A stretch of DNA of 63,739 nt, counting the filler, from Reticulomyxa filosa (taxonomy: Eukaryota; Protista; Foraminifera), in assembly GCA_000512085.1 (NCBI GenBank). It is 20 parts of 20 records of this genome, joined end to end, with 100 filler letters (N's around TTAATTAATTAA, not from the genome) between each part and the next. Parts side by side here need not be neighbours in the genome. Positions count along the whole stretch, not along the records: positions 1 to 2,858 come from ASPP01006508.1; positions 2,959 to 12,504 come from ASPP01008561.1; positions 12,605 to 15,883 come from ASPP01000412.1; 17 more parts are not named here. One strand, 5' to 3'. Of this stretch, positions 1 to 13,461 are shown one piece after another. The notes under the pieces were generated by a model, which did not search any database, was not told the origin of the DNA, and saw nothing but the letters and a program-made list of their open reading frames with translations. The stretch's first letter is position 1, and the number at the start of each line of letters is the position of its first letter. Made by a program: the position numbers and the translations under genes.

Positions 1-37
<37 letters not shown>

Positions 38-93
38 GTCATTACACAGCCATCGCCGACTTTGGAGCGCGTGGCTATACTCGAGCCATTTGC

Positions 94-2823
94 ATGTGTT
101 ACGTAACGAAGACACCGAAAAAGATCGACAAGATTTCAAACCAGCTGAAAGCGAGTTTCCAGCAGATATCGCAATTTCTGAAGCAAAGTGCGCAAAAGGT
201 GTTTTTGAAAGAAGTGCGATCAGTGATCCGTCAATTGTTGCCACTGCAGCGAAAGCAGCAAAGCATGGAGTTGAATGACAGTACAAATCAAGAAAAGAAC
301 AATGATCAACAATCACAGCAAAAAAAGACTTTTAAAAATGTAGAAATGAGCCAAGAAGATGAATTAGACATTGCAACAGATAGTGACGACGACGGGAACG
401 AACCATCAGTCCAAGTGCGAAGTGGGAAAAAAGTACAGTACCAAAACACAGAGGTGGAATATAGCCACGTTTTCCAAGTGGCGTTAACTCCCGAAAACGT
501 GCAAGACATTGTGCACGACATGCGGGACATATTGAATTGCTTCGCCAGCGAGCTGCAAGAGGTGCGATATGAAAACCCTTTGCAATCCAAGTACGTCGGC
601 GGCAATGACATTACGTGCAAAGCCATTCGTCCACGTCCCGACAATGTGAGCACTGAAAAAAGTGGACGCAAGAGCAGACATCGTCCCAATCGATTGGGAC
701 ACGAAGGATATCGTCCTTTCTGCCAAATGATCGGAGGACCCGACAACTTTGCCGAGTTCGAACACAAACTCAAACATATGCGCACACGCTTTTGCAAAAA
801 TGTGTTGGAGCTCTTTGTCGATGGCAATAATCAACAATTGTCCACTGTTTTAAGTCCGCCGAGATTGTTTATTATTGGTTGGTTTATATTATTCAATTTT
901 TCATAATATTATATACATATACATATATATGTACATATATATATATATATGTATCAATTAGGACCCTTGTGCTGCTTGGATATTCAACCTGGCCATATGC
1001 ATAGTCCATCATGGGTGGGGTTGAATCAACGCCAACACGAAATGGCCAAGACCAAGAAATTGCTGATCCACAACAACTTGGTGGATCAAACATGTAACCA
1101 CGCCTCCATCGCGACGGACAATCAAATGACGATGGACCATGCACAGAGCTCACCTTGTTTGACGGAAAAGGGAGTCACGCAATTGAAAGAACAAGAACAA
1201 GAACAGGAACAAGATCATACTCTTTCCAATCAATCCGAGGACAATAATACAATAACGGTCGATGATGAACCCTGCGGCTGGAAAAACGCAGAGTTAGACA
1301 AAGAGAATGTGAATGCAAAGAATCCCACCAAGTCCTTTGCCGTGTCCAAACAAGAGTTTGCTCCGTTGCGAAAAAGTCGGTCCGTGGACGGCGGCATTGG
1401 CTTGGATGTTATTGCCAATGAAAAGAAAGACTCACCTCAATACTTTACTGCGACACAAGGGCTTGTCACATCTCCGTCACCCCCATCCACACTCTCAAGA
1501 GATATCGACCCCAACTTCCCTGCCGCTATGCCTTGCCCGGTAGAGACAACTCAGTTTCTGTTGTCAATTACTTGAAAGGATTGCATGAGAGAGAGAGAGA
1601 GAGAGAGAACATGCAACACACTTTTTATTTATTTATTTAACTTACATTATATATGTACATATACATACATATACATACACATATATATATATATGTATAT
1701 GTACATATATAAAGACATGTCTCGAAGAACGAACAGATGCAGAATTATCCACTCCTGCTTCTGTTGCTAGTTTAAGTGCTAAAGAAGAGAAGAAACAGAT
1801 GACTCTGCTTTTACCATCTTACATGTTTATAACAATACGTCTTTCTTTCAAAAATGTAGTCATCACCATAATATTAATATTAACATTATTATTGCTAAAA
1901 ATAAAAATAAAAATAAAAATAATAATGCAATATTGGAAATATCAATGAAAACCAACAAGTAATAATGCAAATATTGATCATAGGCGAATTGGTAAATCCT
2001 TCAAACAGAATCAACGACTCTGACCCATTGAAAGCTCGACGAGCGCATTCCATCGAAAGTTCTCGCAATTTGGCCAACCGCAAACAGTCGAACATATCGA
2101 ACAATACCGAGGACACCCACGAAAGCGGCTGTTGTTCACACGATTGTCTTTTCGACGAAAAGAGCGAACAGAAACCAAACGTGGCGAAAATGGTCCCAAC
2201 CGATCAACTTCTCAGAGCCCATTCCGATGGCGTCGCCGTCACTTCCAAACTTGTGAAATCACAAATGGAAAATTATTTCTGCAAAGTCCCAACGGACAAT
2301 GTATTTTCCCTTTCTTTTTCTCCTTGCACACATATATAATGTATACATTATATGCGTATATTATATGTATATATACATATATGTATGGACAGACGTCGGA
2401 CAAATATGGGAAGACTTCATGTTGTCTCGAACCAAAATGGCAAATGAGACGCTGAAAAGTATTCGCCGAGACAACCGTGGCATGGCCACACAGAAAAGCG
2501 TTGTAAACAGAGAAGACAAATCGCACAGCGAATTGACTGGAAATGTGAACGACGGAAGCGACGTGGCGTTAACAAAGAGCGAAGCAAAGAGAAGGAATGG
2601 CGAAAAAAATGAAAAGAATAATGTCCCAACTCAGAGTGGTGATCAAACTCAAACCCCTGGATATGTCGAACACTCCCAAGCTATTTCCCCTTTGCGAGTC
2701 AATCCTTCGCCATACGATAAACAAAATTACGATAAGACATTTTTCATTCAATGTTTGGTTTATGTACATACACATATACATATATGTATAGGTGTATATG
2801 TAGAATATGCCATGTTACAATAA
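94..2823 (+). CDS. Hypothetical multi-exon protein, partial, low complexity
   Basis: Successive ORF blocks (94-~850, ~960-1540, ~1983-2299, ~2393-2730) with coding-like composition, separated by (TA)n-rich intron-like segments. No recognisable domain; boundaries approximate. Confidence 0.5.
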
Positions 2824-2858
2824 TAAGAATCACCTTTTTTTTTTTTTTTTTTTTTTTG

Positions 2859-2958
2859 NNNNNNNNNNNNNNNNNNNNNNNNNNNNNNNNNNNNNNNNNN
2901 NNTTAATTAATTAANNNNNNNNNNNNNNNNNNNNNNNNNNNNNNNNNNNNNNNNNNNN
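2859..2958. other. Artificial contig linker N44-TTAATTAATTAA-N44 (first of 19)
   Basis: The same 100-nt unit with stops in all frames also starts at 12505, 15884, 19426, 24280, 25663, 28421, 29924, 34445, 36067, 38032, 41366, 42478, 44332, 48107, 49893, 57716, 59141 and 62409. Confidence 0.98.
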
Positions 2959-2962
2959 TCAA

Positions 2963-3831
2963 TTGTTTAGAGTGTTAAAAGGACATAGCGAAATGGTAAT
3001 TGATGTAAAATTTTCACCAGATGGCCGCAAGGTCGTTTCGTCATCTGCCGATGAAACAGTTCGAATATGGGATGTGATGTCAGGTAAACAAATCAAAATT
3101 TTGAAAGGACATTCTCATTGGGTCAATTGTGTAGAGTTTCACCAGATGGACACACAATTGCTTCCTGCTCAATTGATAGTACAATACGATTATGGGACGT
3201 AATATCAGGAAAAGAAATAATGAAAATTGAAGTAAATTGCAGTACTATGTGGTGTATGACTTTTTCACCTGATGGTAAAACTATTGCATCAGGCTCACGT
3301 TATGACATGATACGAATATGGGATGTAAATTCTGGTAAAGAGATTAAAAAATTGGTAGGTCATTCAAGTGATGTACGGAGTGTACAATTTTCACCAGATG
3401 GTCAAATGCTTGTATCATCATCAGATGACAGAACGATTATTCTATGGAATATGGAAACAGGTGAAATATTAAAACAATTCATAGGACATACTAGTGCTGT
3501 AAGACGTGCAAAATTTTCTCCAAATGGAAAATTCATTGTATCATGTTCATCTGATCACACAATTCGAATATGGGATATTGAGTCAAGAGAACAGCTTATG
3601 GAATTAAATAAACACACCGATGTCGTGAAGGATGCCACATATTTTCCAGATGGCCAAACTATTGTATCTTGTTCTAGAGATTTTAGTATTCGACTATGGG
3701 ATATAAGATCAAAATGCGAAATTCAAAATATTACAGAACTTTCGCATTGGTTACAATGTCTGCATATTTCGCCTGATGGTAATAAAATTGTCTCGGGATC
3801 TTGGGATAATATGATCTATATCTGGGGATGA
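2963..3831 (+). CDS. WD40-repeat protein, 5'-partial, one apparent frameshift
   Basis: Repeated GH...FSPDG...IRIWD units. ORFs 2963-3202 and 3118-3831 join if one T is added in 'gagtttcaccagat' (~3137). Confidence 0.9.
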
Positions 3832-4192
3832 CAAAAGCTCACATAAAATCAGTTTTCTTCAAAATTACAAATGAAAACAAGAGTTTAAGCTGACAACCAT
3901 TATGTTCTGGAGGATTCAATCAGCTCAAGAGTTTTCCTTTTCTTTTCAAATTTATTAGTGTTTTTACAAGCTCTCATTTTAAAGCGTATCCTTCAAAAGT
4001 GGCAAAAAGAAAAATTTTTCTTTTGTTTAACAAAAATTCAATTTATTTCAAATTGTGAGTGTGAAAATTAAGGAAAAAGAATAACATTCAATCTTAGATT
4101 GTCGATTCTTTTTTACAGTAAAGTCTTTTCCACAACGATGGCACAAAAAAAAAAAGGGGGAAACAAAGATTATTTTCCTAATAATCCAAGTA

Positions 4193-5362
4193 ATGACTAC
4201 TGCCATCAATGAAACAGAGAATGTCACACTGCCATCGGTATGACTTTCTCTTCCTTTTTCATTGCATTCGATCAATAAAACAAACGTTTTGTTTTAATGA
4301 ATGGAACAGTTAGAAAAAAGAGTAACTACAGCAATTGAGCATTGGCTTCGATTGTCAAATATAAAATTTGGATGGATCCGTGATTTTGATAAAATTATTA
4401 AACAATATGTTACACTATTTATTGTTTATTATTTAAAAATATAAGTTTCTATTTATCTATAATAATGAATGCTGATTATAGATTCAAATATTTAAATTAT
4501 GGAAAATTTTACAAGAACATAACTGTGAAACGAATAGTATAAAATTTTCACCAGATGGCAAAAAGATTGTTTTGGCACCATTTGATACATTTGTGTATAT
4601 GTGGGATGTTGAGTCAGGAAAATTAATTAAAAAATTCAGAGGGCATTATCATTGGATTTTTGGAGCCGAGTTTTCACCAAATGAGAATATCATTGCGTCA
4701 TGTTCAAAAGATGCAACAGTTCGATTATGGAGTGTGACATTGGGAAATGAATTAGCGTCATGGAATACACATACATCAACAACAGCGGATGTAACATTTT
4801 CTCCCGATGGTAAAAGACTTGTATCATGTTCAAACAGAGTAATGCAAGTTTGGGATGTACACACTAGAACGCAAACCAATTAATACCAGTTGATGCTAAT
4901 GATGTATGGAACATACAATTTTCACCAGATGGACAAATGATTGTATCGGCATCAGATAACAAAACAATTAGTATATGGGATGCATGTTCATGCAAAAGAA
5001 TTAAACAATTAAAAGGACACTCCCATTTTGTACAACGTGCAAGATTTTCTCCAGATGGTCGATTTGTGGTATCCTGTTCACGGGATGCAACTATTCGAAT
5101 ATGGGATATACAATCAGAAAAAGAGTTACAAATATTTCGAGGACATTCAGGTTCTGTGAGAGACGTAAAATATTTTCCAGATGGTCAGGTGATTGTCTCT
5201 TGTTCAAATGATAAAACAATTCGATTGTGGGATGTAAAAACCGGTAATGAAATACAGAGATTAGAAGGACACTCCGATGTGGTGATGAGTGTGGACGTGT
5301 CATCAGATGGTCGTACCATTGTCTCTGGTTCATCTGACAAAACAATTCGAATCTGGAGATGA
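4193..5362 (+). CDS. WD40-repeat protein with N-terminal 33-aa 'GWIxDFDK' module
   Basis: Exons 4193-4237, 4310-4408 and 4482-5362 with GT-AG introns. WD40 repeats follow; one apparent 1-nt deletion near 4877. Confidence 0.85.
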
Positions 5363-5780
5363 ATTTGTAATGAAACTACCTACCATTTATCGGGTGATAT
5401 GTCCAAATTGTATGGTCATTGCAGCATGAACAAACTTTAGAAACATGTGTGCAATCGTACCAAACTACAGTTGTTTTATATAAAAAATAATAATGCTAAA
5501 AAGAAGAACAAGAAAAGCTGCTGCAATTTTAATGTCATTTTTTTAGTTCAATAGATAAATCTGTTGGACAGTAAAATCTAAAGTTCTTTCTGATCAAAAG
5601 CAGAAAGCATTGTTTTCAAAACGAAATAGTGTTTTTGTTATTCTCCACTTTCTTACAAAAAACTATCAAAGTGGACGAACAGTAAGAAAATCACGAATTT
5701 TTTTTTTTTTTTTTGTAATAATAAATACTTTCCTATTCTCCCTTTGGACGAAAGGAAAAAACAAAAAAAGATTATATCAT

Positions 5781-6949
5781 TTATTCTTTGCCTTTTTTTT
5801 GTTTCTTCGATTGTTTTTGGGAAGTGTTGCCTTGTGTTGGTGCGGCTTCATCTTCCTTTGTGTCTGTTTGGCTTTGTGAGGTAGTCGTCTCCGGTTTTGC
5901 TTTGCCTTTGTGCTGAGCTTTTTTACCTTTCTTTCCTCCGCCACCTCCCTGTCATTTTTATTTTTTTTAAAAAAAAGACATTACATGCACACTCCTGCGC
6001 TTATCATTCGGACAAAGAGAAAGATGTTTCATCTGGCTACACATACATACCTCTTCTTCAACACTGGAAAACGTGGAACCATCTCCTTCGATTTCAAGTC
6101 AAAGTCACCCCCGTTTGTGGGTTTTCTGAGCGAGTCACTTAACCGGTCCATTTCTACTCAAAAAAAAAAAAAAAGGGGGAGGGAATGAAATTTTTGGAGA
6201 ACGAACGAGCAAAAAAAAAGGGGGAGACCAACAAAAAAAAAATAACCTGCTTTAGAAAGTTCAAGGACAAAGATACATCCGTCAGGTCTGGATTTCCAAT
6301 CTTGTTCCAGAACGTTTCCGGCAGCATGTATGATATTGTTACACTGCCCAACGTAGCTATGTTTGATAAATAGCCGCACTGTCATCGCAACCTGTCTGGT
6401 GAAGGGCAATTTGGAACTCATTGCTTTTACTGCGTCCTCGGCTTGTTTCTTTGCATCTTTTTTCCCGTCAATCTTTATATGACAGTCTTTCATACATGCT
6501 TCAACGCGTTCTGGGGGATGTGGTAATTTTGTTTTTGGATCCTTTTTTTTTTTTTTTTTAATAAAAATTTTTTTGTTCAAAAAAAAAAAAATAAAGGGGC
6601 ATTAAAAAAAAAAACAAACCATATAATTCTTGAAAATGTGTTGAATCACTTCATGCTTTTTTGCTTCGATTTCGTCCTTTCTTTCTTGTGCACTCACTTG
6701 CAATTCGCCTTGTTCCACTATCTTTTTGCAACATTCTTCTATGTTTGATGTGCCAAAGGCGTCTTCCAAATCCTTTCCGCTTGCCAAGTCGCCACGGGAA
6801 GAATTTGTAAATATTGCATCTGCCATTAATACTTTGTCCCAACCCAATTTTCCCTCTCTGTACTTCAGCACAGTTCCTGGCTTGGTTAGGATCTCAAACT
6901 TTAGCTTTCCTTGTTGAAAACGCACTAGTTGCGCTTTAGCTTGGGCCAT
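5781..6949 (-). CDS. SBDS: Ribosome maturation protein SBDS/Sdo1 family
   Basis: Motifs KFEI..KP, IFTNSSRG, FGT, GELQVSAQER, DPKTKLPHPPERVE and KKQA. Exons 6949-6620, 6541-6247, ~6153-6051 and ~5948-5781. One apparent 1-nt deletion near 6095. Confidence 0.9.
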
Positions 6950-7309
6950 TACTTATATATTTGCACAAATTTTTTTATAGCCTGAATTCTGGGTTTTTTT
7001 AAATTTTGGAAGGGTTCTAGTCTTACAACGTGCACTTGACAGTACATTTGAAGTTGTTTAGTGGATTAAATGTTACAATCACAATATTGAATGTTTACTT
7101 TGTTATTATTTTTTTTTATCCATTTTTATTGATCCAGCGATCTAGAGATTGAGGTAAATGAAAGTAAACATGAAACAAATAGGAAATAAAAGATTGAAGA
7201 CTAATAACCCGCTAAAATTGATGGAAATTAACACCCATTTATTCAAATGTTATCATGCTAAATAAGCAAAATTTTTATCAAATGAAAAGAGTATTTTAGT
7301 ATGATTTCC

Positions 7310-7640
7310 CAGTTGCATTTTCTTATTGGACGCAGAATCTGGAAAAGAGTTAAAAGAATTAAGACAAGAATATGTTGTTATTCGTATTAGTATTTCATAA
7401 AATGAACGCAATGTCTAACCAAGCTTTCAGCGTATAGCTCAATTATGTGATATACAATCAGTGAAAATTGTGAAAGATTTAATTGTCATTCCAATCTGAT
7501 TTGATAATAGTATCATATAATATTTAAATCAAGCAAAAAAGTACGTGTATTGAAAGAACATTTAAAGAATAAATAAAGTTCAATTCTCCAAACAATTGTT
7601 GCTATTTCTTGTTCAGAGACAGGAGCAAAACGAGAATAAA
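7310..7640 (+). pseudogene. Highly degraded WD40 remnant
   Basis: Fragments LLDAESGKELKEL and SPNNCCYFLFRD interrupted by stops and frameshifts. Confidence 0.35.
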
Positions 7641-8066
7641 AAAAAATGGGTTGAGAGTTGGGACAAGCTTCAAAATGAACAGTTTGTGGTTTAAAAATAG
7701 TTAGAAATTTTGAACTACGGAGCTTTACACAAAATGACAAACAAAAATTTCCGAATTCGGTTCTTTTACCCGAAGAAAGGCAGAAATTTGGATGATCGTT
7801 GACTAGTAATTAATGCAAGCACTTTGAAAAGTTGTACACAGTCGATCAAAATTGTATTTGCGATTGGTTAGATCATATCCTCAAAAATGTCAGAAAATTA
7901 CAATCGCCTAATTATAAGTTGATCAAGCCAACAAACAAAAAAAAGTACAAAAATGAAATGACTTTGCAAAAAAAAAAAGATTATATTATTATGAAATTGC
8001 AGAATCGAAGATAAATTTGAAAGTAAAAAAAAAGTAAACTTGTAAAACAACAATGTAAAGAAAAGG

Positions 8067-8615
8067 TCAATTTTTTGCATTAGCTAATTCCCATTCAACA
8101 TCAGAAATATTGTTTGCAGTGTTGGCCTTTTCAGCAAATTGACTAGGTGCACACTTTTCAATAATACCCCATTGATCTACTTTTAAATAAATCCGAAATT
8201 TTGACATTTGCACTTTGACATTTCTTAGTATCAATGTATCGTCATTCCGAACCAAATTTATTTGTTCTAATCTCCCCCCAAAAAAAAAAATTGCATTGTC
8301 AACGTGGCATTAATTTATTATTATTATCGATTTAATATGATAAGATGTATCACAAACTTATTACCGCTATACCTCCCCCCCCCTCCTCTCCTCCCTTCTC
8401 TCTTTTTTATTCTTTCATGGATAGAACAAACCATCTTTCAAATGCAAAGAAACACAGCCCGAGTCATCCCCAACTAAAACACTGGAGACTTTTAAGGTGG
8501 CCCCGTCCAAATACAACCGATTGATTTCCGCTTTTGGGTCTCCACTTACTTTTACCACCAAATTGTATCCTCCACGTGAATTCGGGTTTAGGTCTTGTAC
8601 TTTAACAACTGTCAT
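8067..8615 (-). CDS. Small OB-fold nucleic-acid-binding protein (At4g28440/SSB-like)
   Basis: Two exons (8615-8432, 8266-8067) encoding KVQDLNP..YNLVVKV..VLVGDDSGCV..LILRNVKVQM..LKVDQWG..NNISDVEWEL. Confidence 0.8.
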
Positions 8616-9308
8616 GTTATACACAATACATGCGCAACCCACAACACACTCGTCGTCATTCGTGTTTCACTTCAAACTAAAGTGGACATTTTTTTTTTTT
8701 TTGGAAGTGAAACAAGACTTCACTGTCAAGGACAAATAAAAATACATTTGGGTTTTGCCAGTTGAGGCTTTGACGCATTCTCTCCTTTTTGATTGGAGGA
8801 TATGACGTAGCGAGCCTTTTTCATCATATATTGACTTTTTTATTGAAAGATATTTCAACAAAAAATATTCGGTCAGGCTTAATATCTTTTCAAAGTTCAA
8901 ATAGTTAGACAACGTTCTTAAAAGGGTAACGAAGAATTAACATAAATTTGTAAAAACCTAGTTGGCGACAGCAAGTTATTTGAAAGTTATTAGTGGGTCT
9001 AATATGCATTGAGATAATTTGTTATCCCTTTTCTCAATAAGTTTTTTGTAAAAAAAAGACAAATGTGAAATTTCACCTTATAAAGACAGCTACTTTCTGT
9101 ATAAAGAAAGACGTTTCCTTACATTTTCAATACTTTCGCTCCTCTCCTTTAGTCTTTGTATTATGTTGTCAAACTTCCACTTCAATTTTATTTCTTAATA
9201 ATTGCAAGTAGACACATATAAGGCAAGTGTTACTTTCAATTCTTTAAGCATAAAACTTACTTGTGTGCATTAATCTTTACATAAAAAAGAGTTTCAAACA
9301 GAAGTGCC

Positions 9309-11244
9309 ATGAGTTTAGTAAACGTCACTTTACGAGAAAATCAGTTCAAGACCCCCGACACGTCTTGAATTAGAAAGAGAGCTGAGGTCTGCAACGATGC
9401 TATTATCACAAAGAGGAGGTTATATCACTATATCATCAGCTGAATTGAATCGAATTAAGAACACAGCTGAAGCAGTATCAGTGCCAAATGCAGACAATAC
9501 CGTTAGTTTGGATCCATCTTTTTTTTAGCGACCCTTACTAGTTTTGCTCAATTATCAAAAAAACAAAGGCCAAACAAAAATTACATGAAGTGTCACAACA
9601 AAGAGCCTCGAAATGGACAGACACTGTAAAAGGATTGTACGAGAAGCAGAGTCAGTAAAACAGCAGAAGCAGATTGCAGAAGAGGTAAGAGCCAAGCAAT
9701 GGCATAACAACAACAAGTATAAGCAATATAAATACTTTTTGTAACATCATTAATCACTCCTTTCAGAAAATGTTACGTGAAATGGAAGCCAAAGAAGAAG
9801 CAGAACGAGCAAATAAAAATCAAGAAGTAAGACAGCAGCTGTTACAAACAAAAAAGCTTAATACTGACAGAACGAGGCAGTTCAACTCCAAACTTTTTAT
9901 ATGCGACGTCGTTCATGTAAGTACGTACCCCAGAAAACATTCAATACAAACGAATAACTCTTGAGCCACTTCACTTTTTGCGCATAAATAGGAAAGGGAT
10001 CACCAGCTGCAAATTAAAAATTATAAAAAGCAAGCTGAAAACGAAAGGGATAGAATGTTTGATACGATTGCCGAACAACAAAGACAGGCTTTAGAACAAA
10101 AAGATCAGGAGAAGGTAGGCACTACAACTTTGTCCGAAATTTGCAAAAATGTTCATTACGTGTATCAATCAAATTATACGATAGAGAGAATTGGACAACT
10201 TGAAAATGAAAGATACCTGCAAAATTATTGAGAAACAGCTCGAATATTTGCAAAAACAAGATGATGAAGAAATTGAAGTGAGCCCTTTTTTTTTAAAAAA
10301 AATTTTTGAAATTTAAAAAAACGAATAGATCTTGTTTACTTGCTAAAGGAGAAGAAAAAAGAAGCTGCAGAAATGAGACGTCTTGCCGAACAAGACAAGC
10401 AAAAAGCTTTGACTCTGCGGATGCAGCGGGTTGATCAAATCAAACAAGCAAAAGAAGAACAAATACAATGGTCGATTGAGCAAAAGCTAAAACAAGAAAC
10501 TCAAAAAGCTTTAGATAAAACAGAAAATAACCAAATTTTAAAACATTTGCAAGAAAAACAGCGCATTCAAAATAGTTGTAAGTTAAAAAAAGAACAATGT
10601 GATCTAAATGATGAGAAACTTAGACAGCAACTGGTTGAGAAGGCAATGGCACATCTTCAAACACAAGCAAGTGAAACATCTAGAATTGCAAAAGAAGTTG
10701 AAAAGGTTGAAGAAAGCTATAAAAAAAAAGAAACTGAAGAAATAAGTAAAAAAAAACAATTTTCGCAAGAGTTTTTAGAAGACTATCAAAGGCAAAAATT
10801 ACAAAAAAGAGGAGTAGAGCTAAATGAAAAAGAGAGCAAGAGAGCAGAGTTACAACGGGTCAACAAGAAAGCAGAAGAATATCAAAAGCAGCGAAATATA
10901 AAAAAAACAATTCAAAAGCAAGAAGCATTGGAATTGGCAAGATATCAGAAAAATCAAATGGTAAATTAATTGTAACGACTAGGTCCCTCTTTTTCTTAAA
11001 AGAGAAAACTAGCACAGAACTTGGTTTTGGATCAAGTTTGAAAATAATAATAAACAAAATTGTACAGATAGAGAAAGAAAAGCAAGATTTCCAAAGTAGA
11101 CAAAACGAGCTACAATTTGCGTCTACAACAGTTGAAAAACAAAAGAGTGAGGAAAAAGAGTTCAGTCAATGGGCCAAGGATAAATTACGAGAGTATGAAG
11201 ATAGAGGCGTGAAGGTCTCTCACTTAATTTCCAAGTACAAATAA
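9309..11244 (+). CDS. CFAP210/CCDC173-like coiled-coil (TPH-domain) axonemal protein
   Basis: Multi-exon coiled coil with ISSAELNRIK, KLHEVSQQRASKWTDTVKG and TDRTRQFNSKLFICDVVHERDHQL, which resemble conserved CFAP210 blocks. Apparent 1-nt deletion near 9655. Confidence 0.65.
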
Positions 11245-11519
11245 ATGTTGCAGTAACTAACATTTTAAGATTGTCTCAATTTAAAAAATTCAAAAACCGG
11301 AGAAATGTAAAAAAAAAAAATTGTTTTAAACACTTTTATTGCATGTGACATTTGCAGTCGAGTTCTGATTTTGATTGAATGTCGTCAGTATACATAAGAA
11401 AGACTTTTACTTTCCTCAGTTTGCACAAGATAAGCCACAAATAAATTCAAAGAAAGAAGTTGTTTCCAATATAAGTCAGATTTGTCTGAAAACAGAATAA
11501 AACAATTCAAAGGGGGAGT

Positions 11520-12504
11520 GTGCCATTGACAATGAATAATGAGAAAGTGATCAATCATTTCATATTTTTTTGTTATAACACAGGATTATTAATAAAATAT
11601 GATGAACAAAATAAAATATTTAATTATGAAAAATTACCAATTTGTCATTCTTTGGATGATTTCAATGTGTATTCATTTGTGTATATTTACGATTATATAT
11701 TTTTATTTGGAGGAGCAGATTGTAAATTAGAAAAAACAAATAATGTGTATAAGTATTCAATGAATGACAGAACATGGAACCAATGCAAAATCACATTTCC
11801 AATGGAAATTTCTTCATCATTTGCAATTTTGAGTGATGATACAAATATTCATGTCATTGGTGGATTTAATGCAAAAGGTGAAGAACAAAAAATACATTTA
11901 AGTGTGAATGTAGAACAATTATTTGAAAAATCAGAATTATTGGAAATGCCAGAGATGCATAGAAGAATGATAGAATTAAAAAATGAAATAATGAAAATGA
12001 AATTGGAAAGACCATATATAATTCCAGTTGAAAAGGAAAGAATGAATGAAGATGAAAAAGAGAATAAAGAAGTGATTGATATTCCAGATGAATGGAAAAA
12101 GATGAAAACACTAATTGAAACATTTGAAAAGAAATTGAAAGAATGGAATGAAGAAAAGAAAATGGAACGGAATGAAATGAATTGGGATGATATTTGGAGT
12201 TTTGATGGTGAATTACAACAAATCAAAAAAAGGGTTTTAATTCGAATGGATGACATTCCACCTATTATTAAAACATTACTTTCTGATCAACCATCTATTA
12301 AGGTTTGATTTTATACTGATTTAATTTTGTATTATATAAAATAGAATTTGTTTGAATATGTATAGATTAATATTAAAAATGCATCAAAAGATTTTGAAGA
12401 AATAACTGAAAAACAGAAATTAATACAGCAGGAAATTCATGAAACATCTTTGGAAAAGATAGAATTAAAAAAACAAGTGGATGAAGCAATTTCAAAATAC
12501 ACAA
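11520..12504 (+). CDS. Kelch-like beta-propeller plus coiled-coil protein, fragment
   Basis: YIFLFGG..VYKYS..W and IHVIGG Kelch motifs followed by an E/K-rich helix. No clear 5' end; runs into the contig end. Confidence 0.65.
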
Positions 12505-12604
12505 NNNNNNNNNNNNNNNNNNNNNNNNNNNNNNNNNNNNNNNNNNNNTTAATTAATTAANNNNNNNNNNNNNNNNNNNNNNNNNNNNNNNNNNNNNNNN
12601 NNNN

Positions 12605-12830
12605 AAACTACTTAAAGATTCAAAAAATTTTCAAAAATCATTTGAACGGATGATATTTTTCTCCAACCCAAAAAAAAGTTATTCAAAAATCAATATCATA
12701 TTTAAAAACTACAAGGCTTGTAGATATTTTTTAAAAAAAAATTAGCTTTAAATGTTTGTTTTTCATTAAGAAAATCTATCATCTTCATAAGGTGGCATTT
12801 TAGGTGTTCAGTTTTTTTTGCAACCTAATG
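12605..12830 (-). mobile_element. Tc1/mariner-type TIR end
   Basis: Reverse complement matches the element end at 28348 (gttgcaaaaaaaactgaacac..aaatgccaccttatgaagatgatagattttctt). Followed by TA; sits at a contig edge. Confidence 0.75.
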
Positions 12831-13461
12831 TAACTGGTTCATTACTTTCTTTCAATGTTCGCTTTGACATATCGATAAATATATAAAGTTTATTTGAGGT
12901 AGGCATGTTCAATACGGAGACGAAAGAAACTTTGCAAACGAAAAAAAAGAAATGTTTTTTAAAAATTTGTTGGATATTATTTTAAAGCATGTTACCCTTA
13001 TAGAAACACAATGATGTTTCCATGACTTGAAAACTAAGATTGCACTAAAAAGATTAGAAAATCATGGACTTAAAAGAAAAGTCAAAAATTTGACTACCTT
13101 TACAAATTTTGCTAAGATTCACACAAATTTTTCTTTTGTTCAATGGTTTGTTTCATCAAGGAAACACATAAACACAAAGAAACATTTTTGTTGATATTAG
13201 ATTTCTTTTTTTGTATTAAAAAGTCATTGTGAGATCTTAATGGAATGTTGACATGTTGTAAGTATCAATTTTTTGAAGAATAGAAAAAGTTTTGACAAAA
13301 TTTTTGATTTTAATTTTTTCAGGAACTAAAAAATAGGTATTGAGTGGATTTTGAAAATATTTTTTTGAGCTCAAAGATGTGCTTTTGTATTATTTTCACG
13401 AATGAGAATTTCATATGTATATACATTTCCAGTTTAAAGAAATCAATTGTGATTATGGGTT

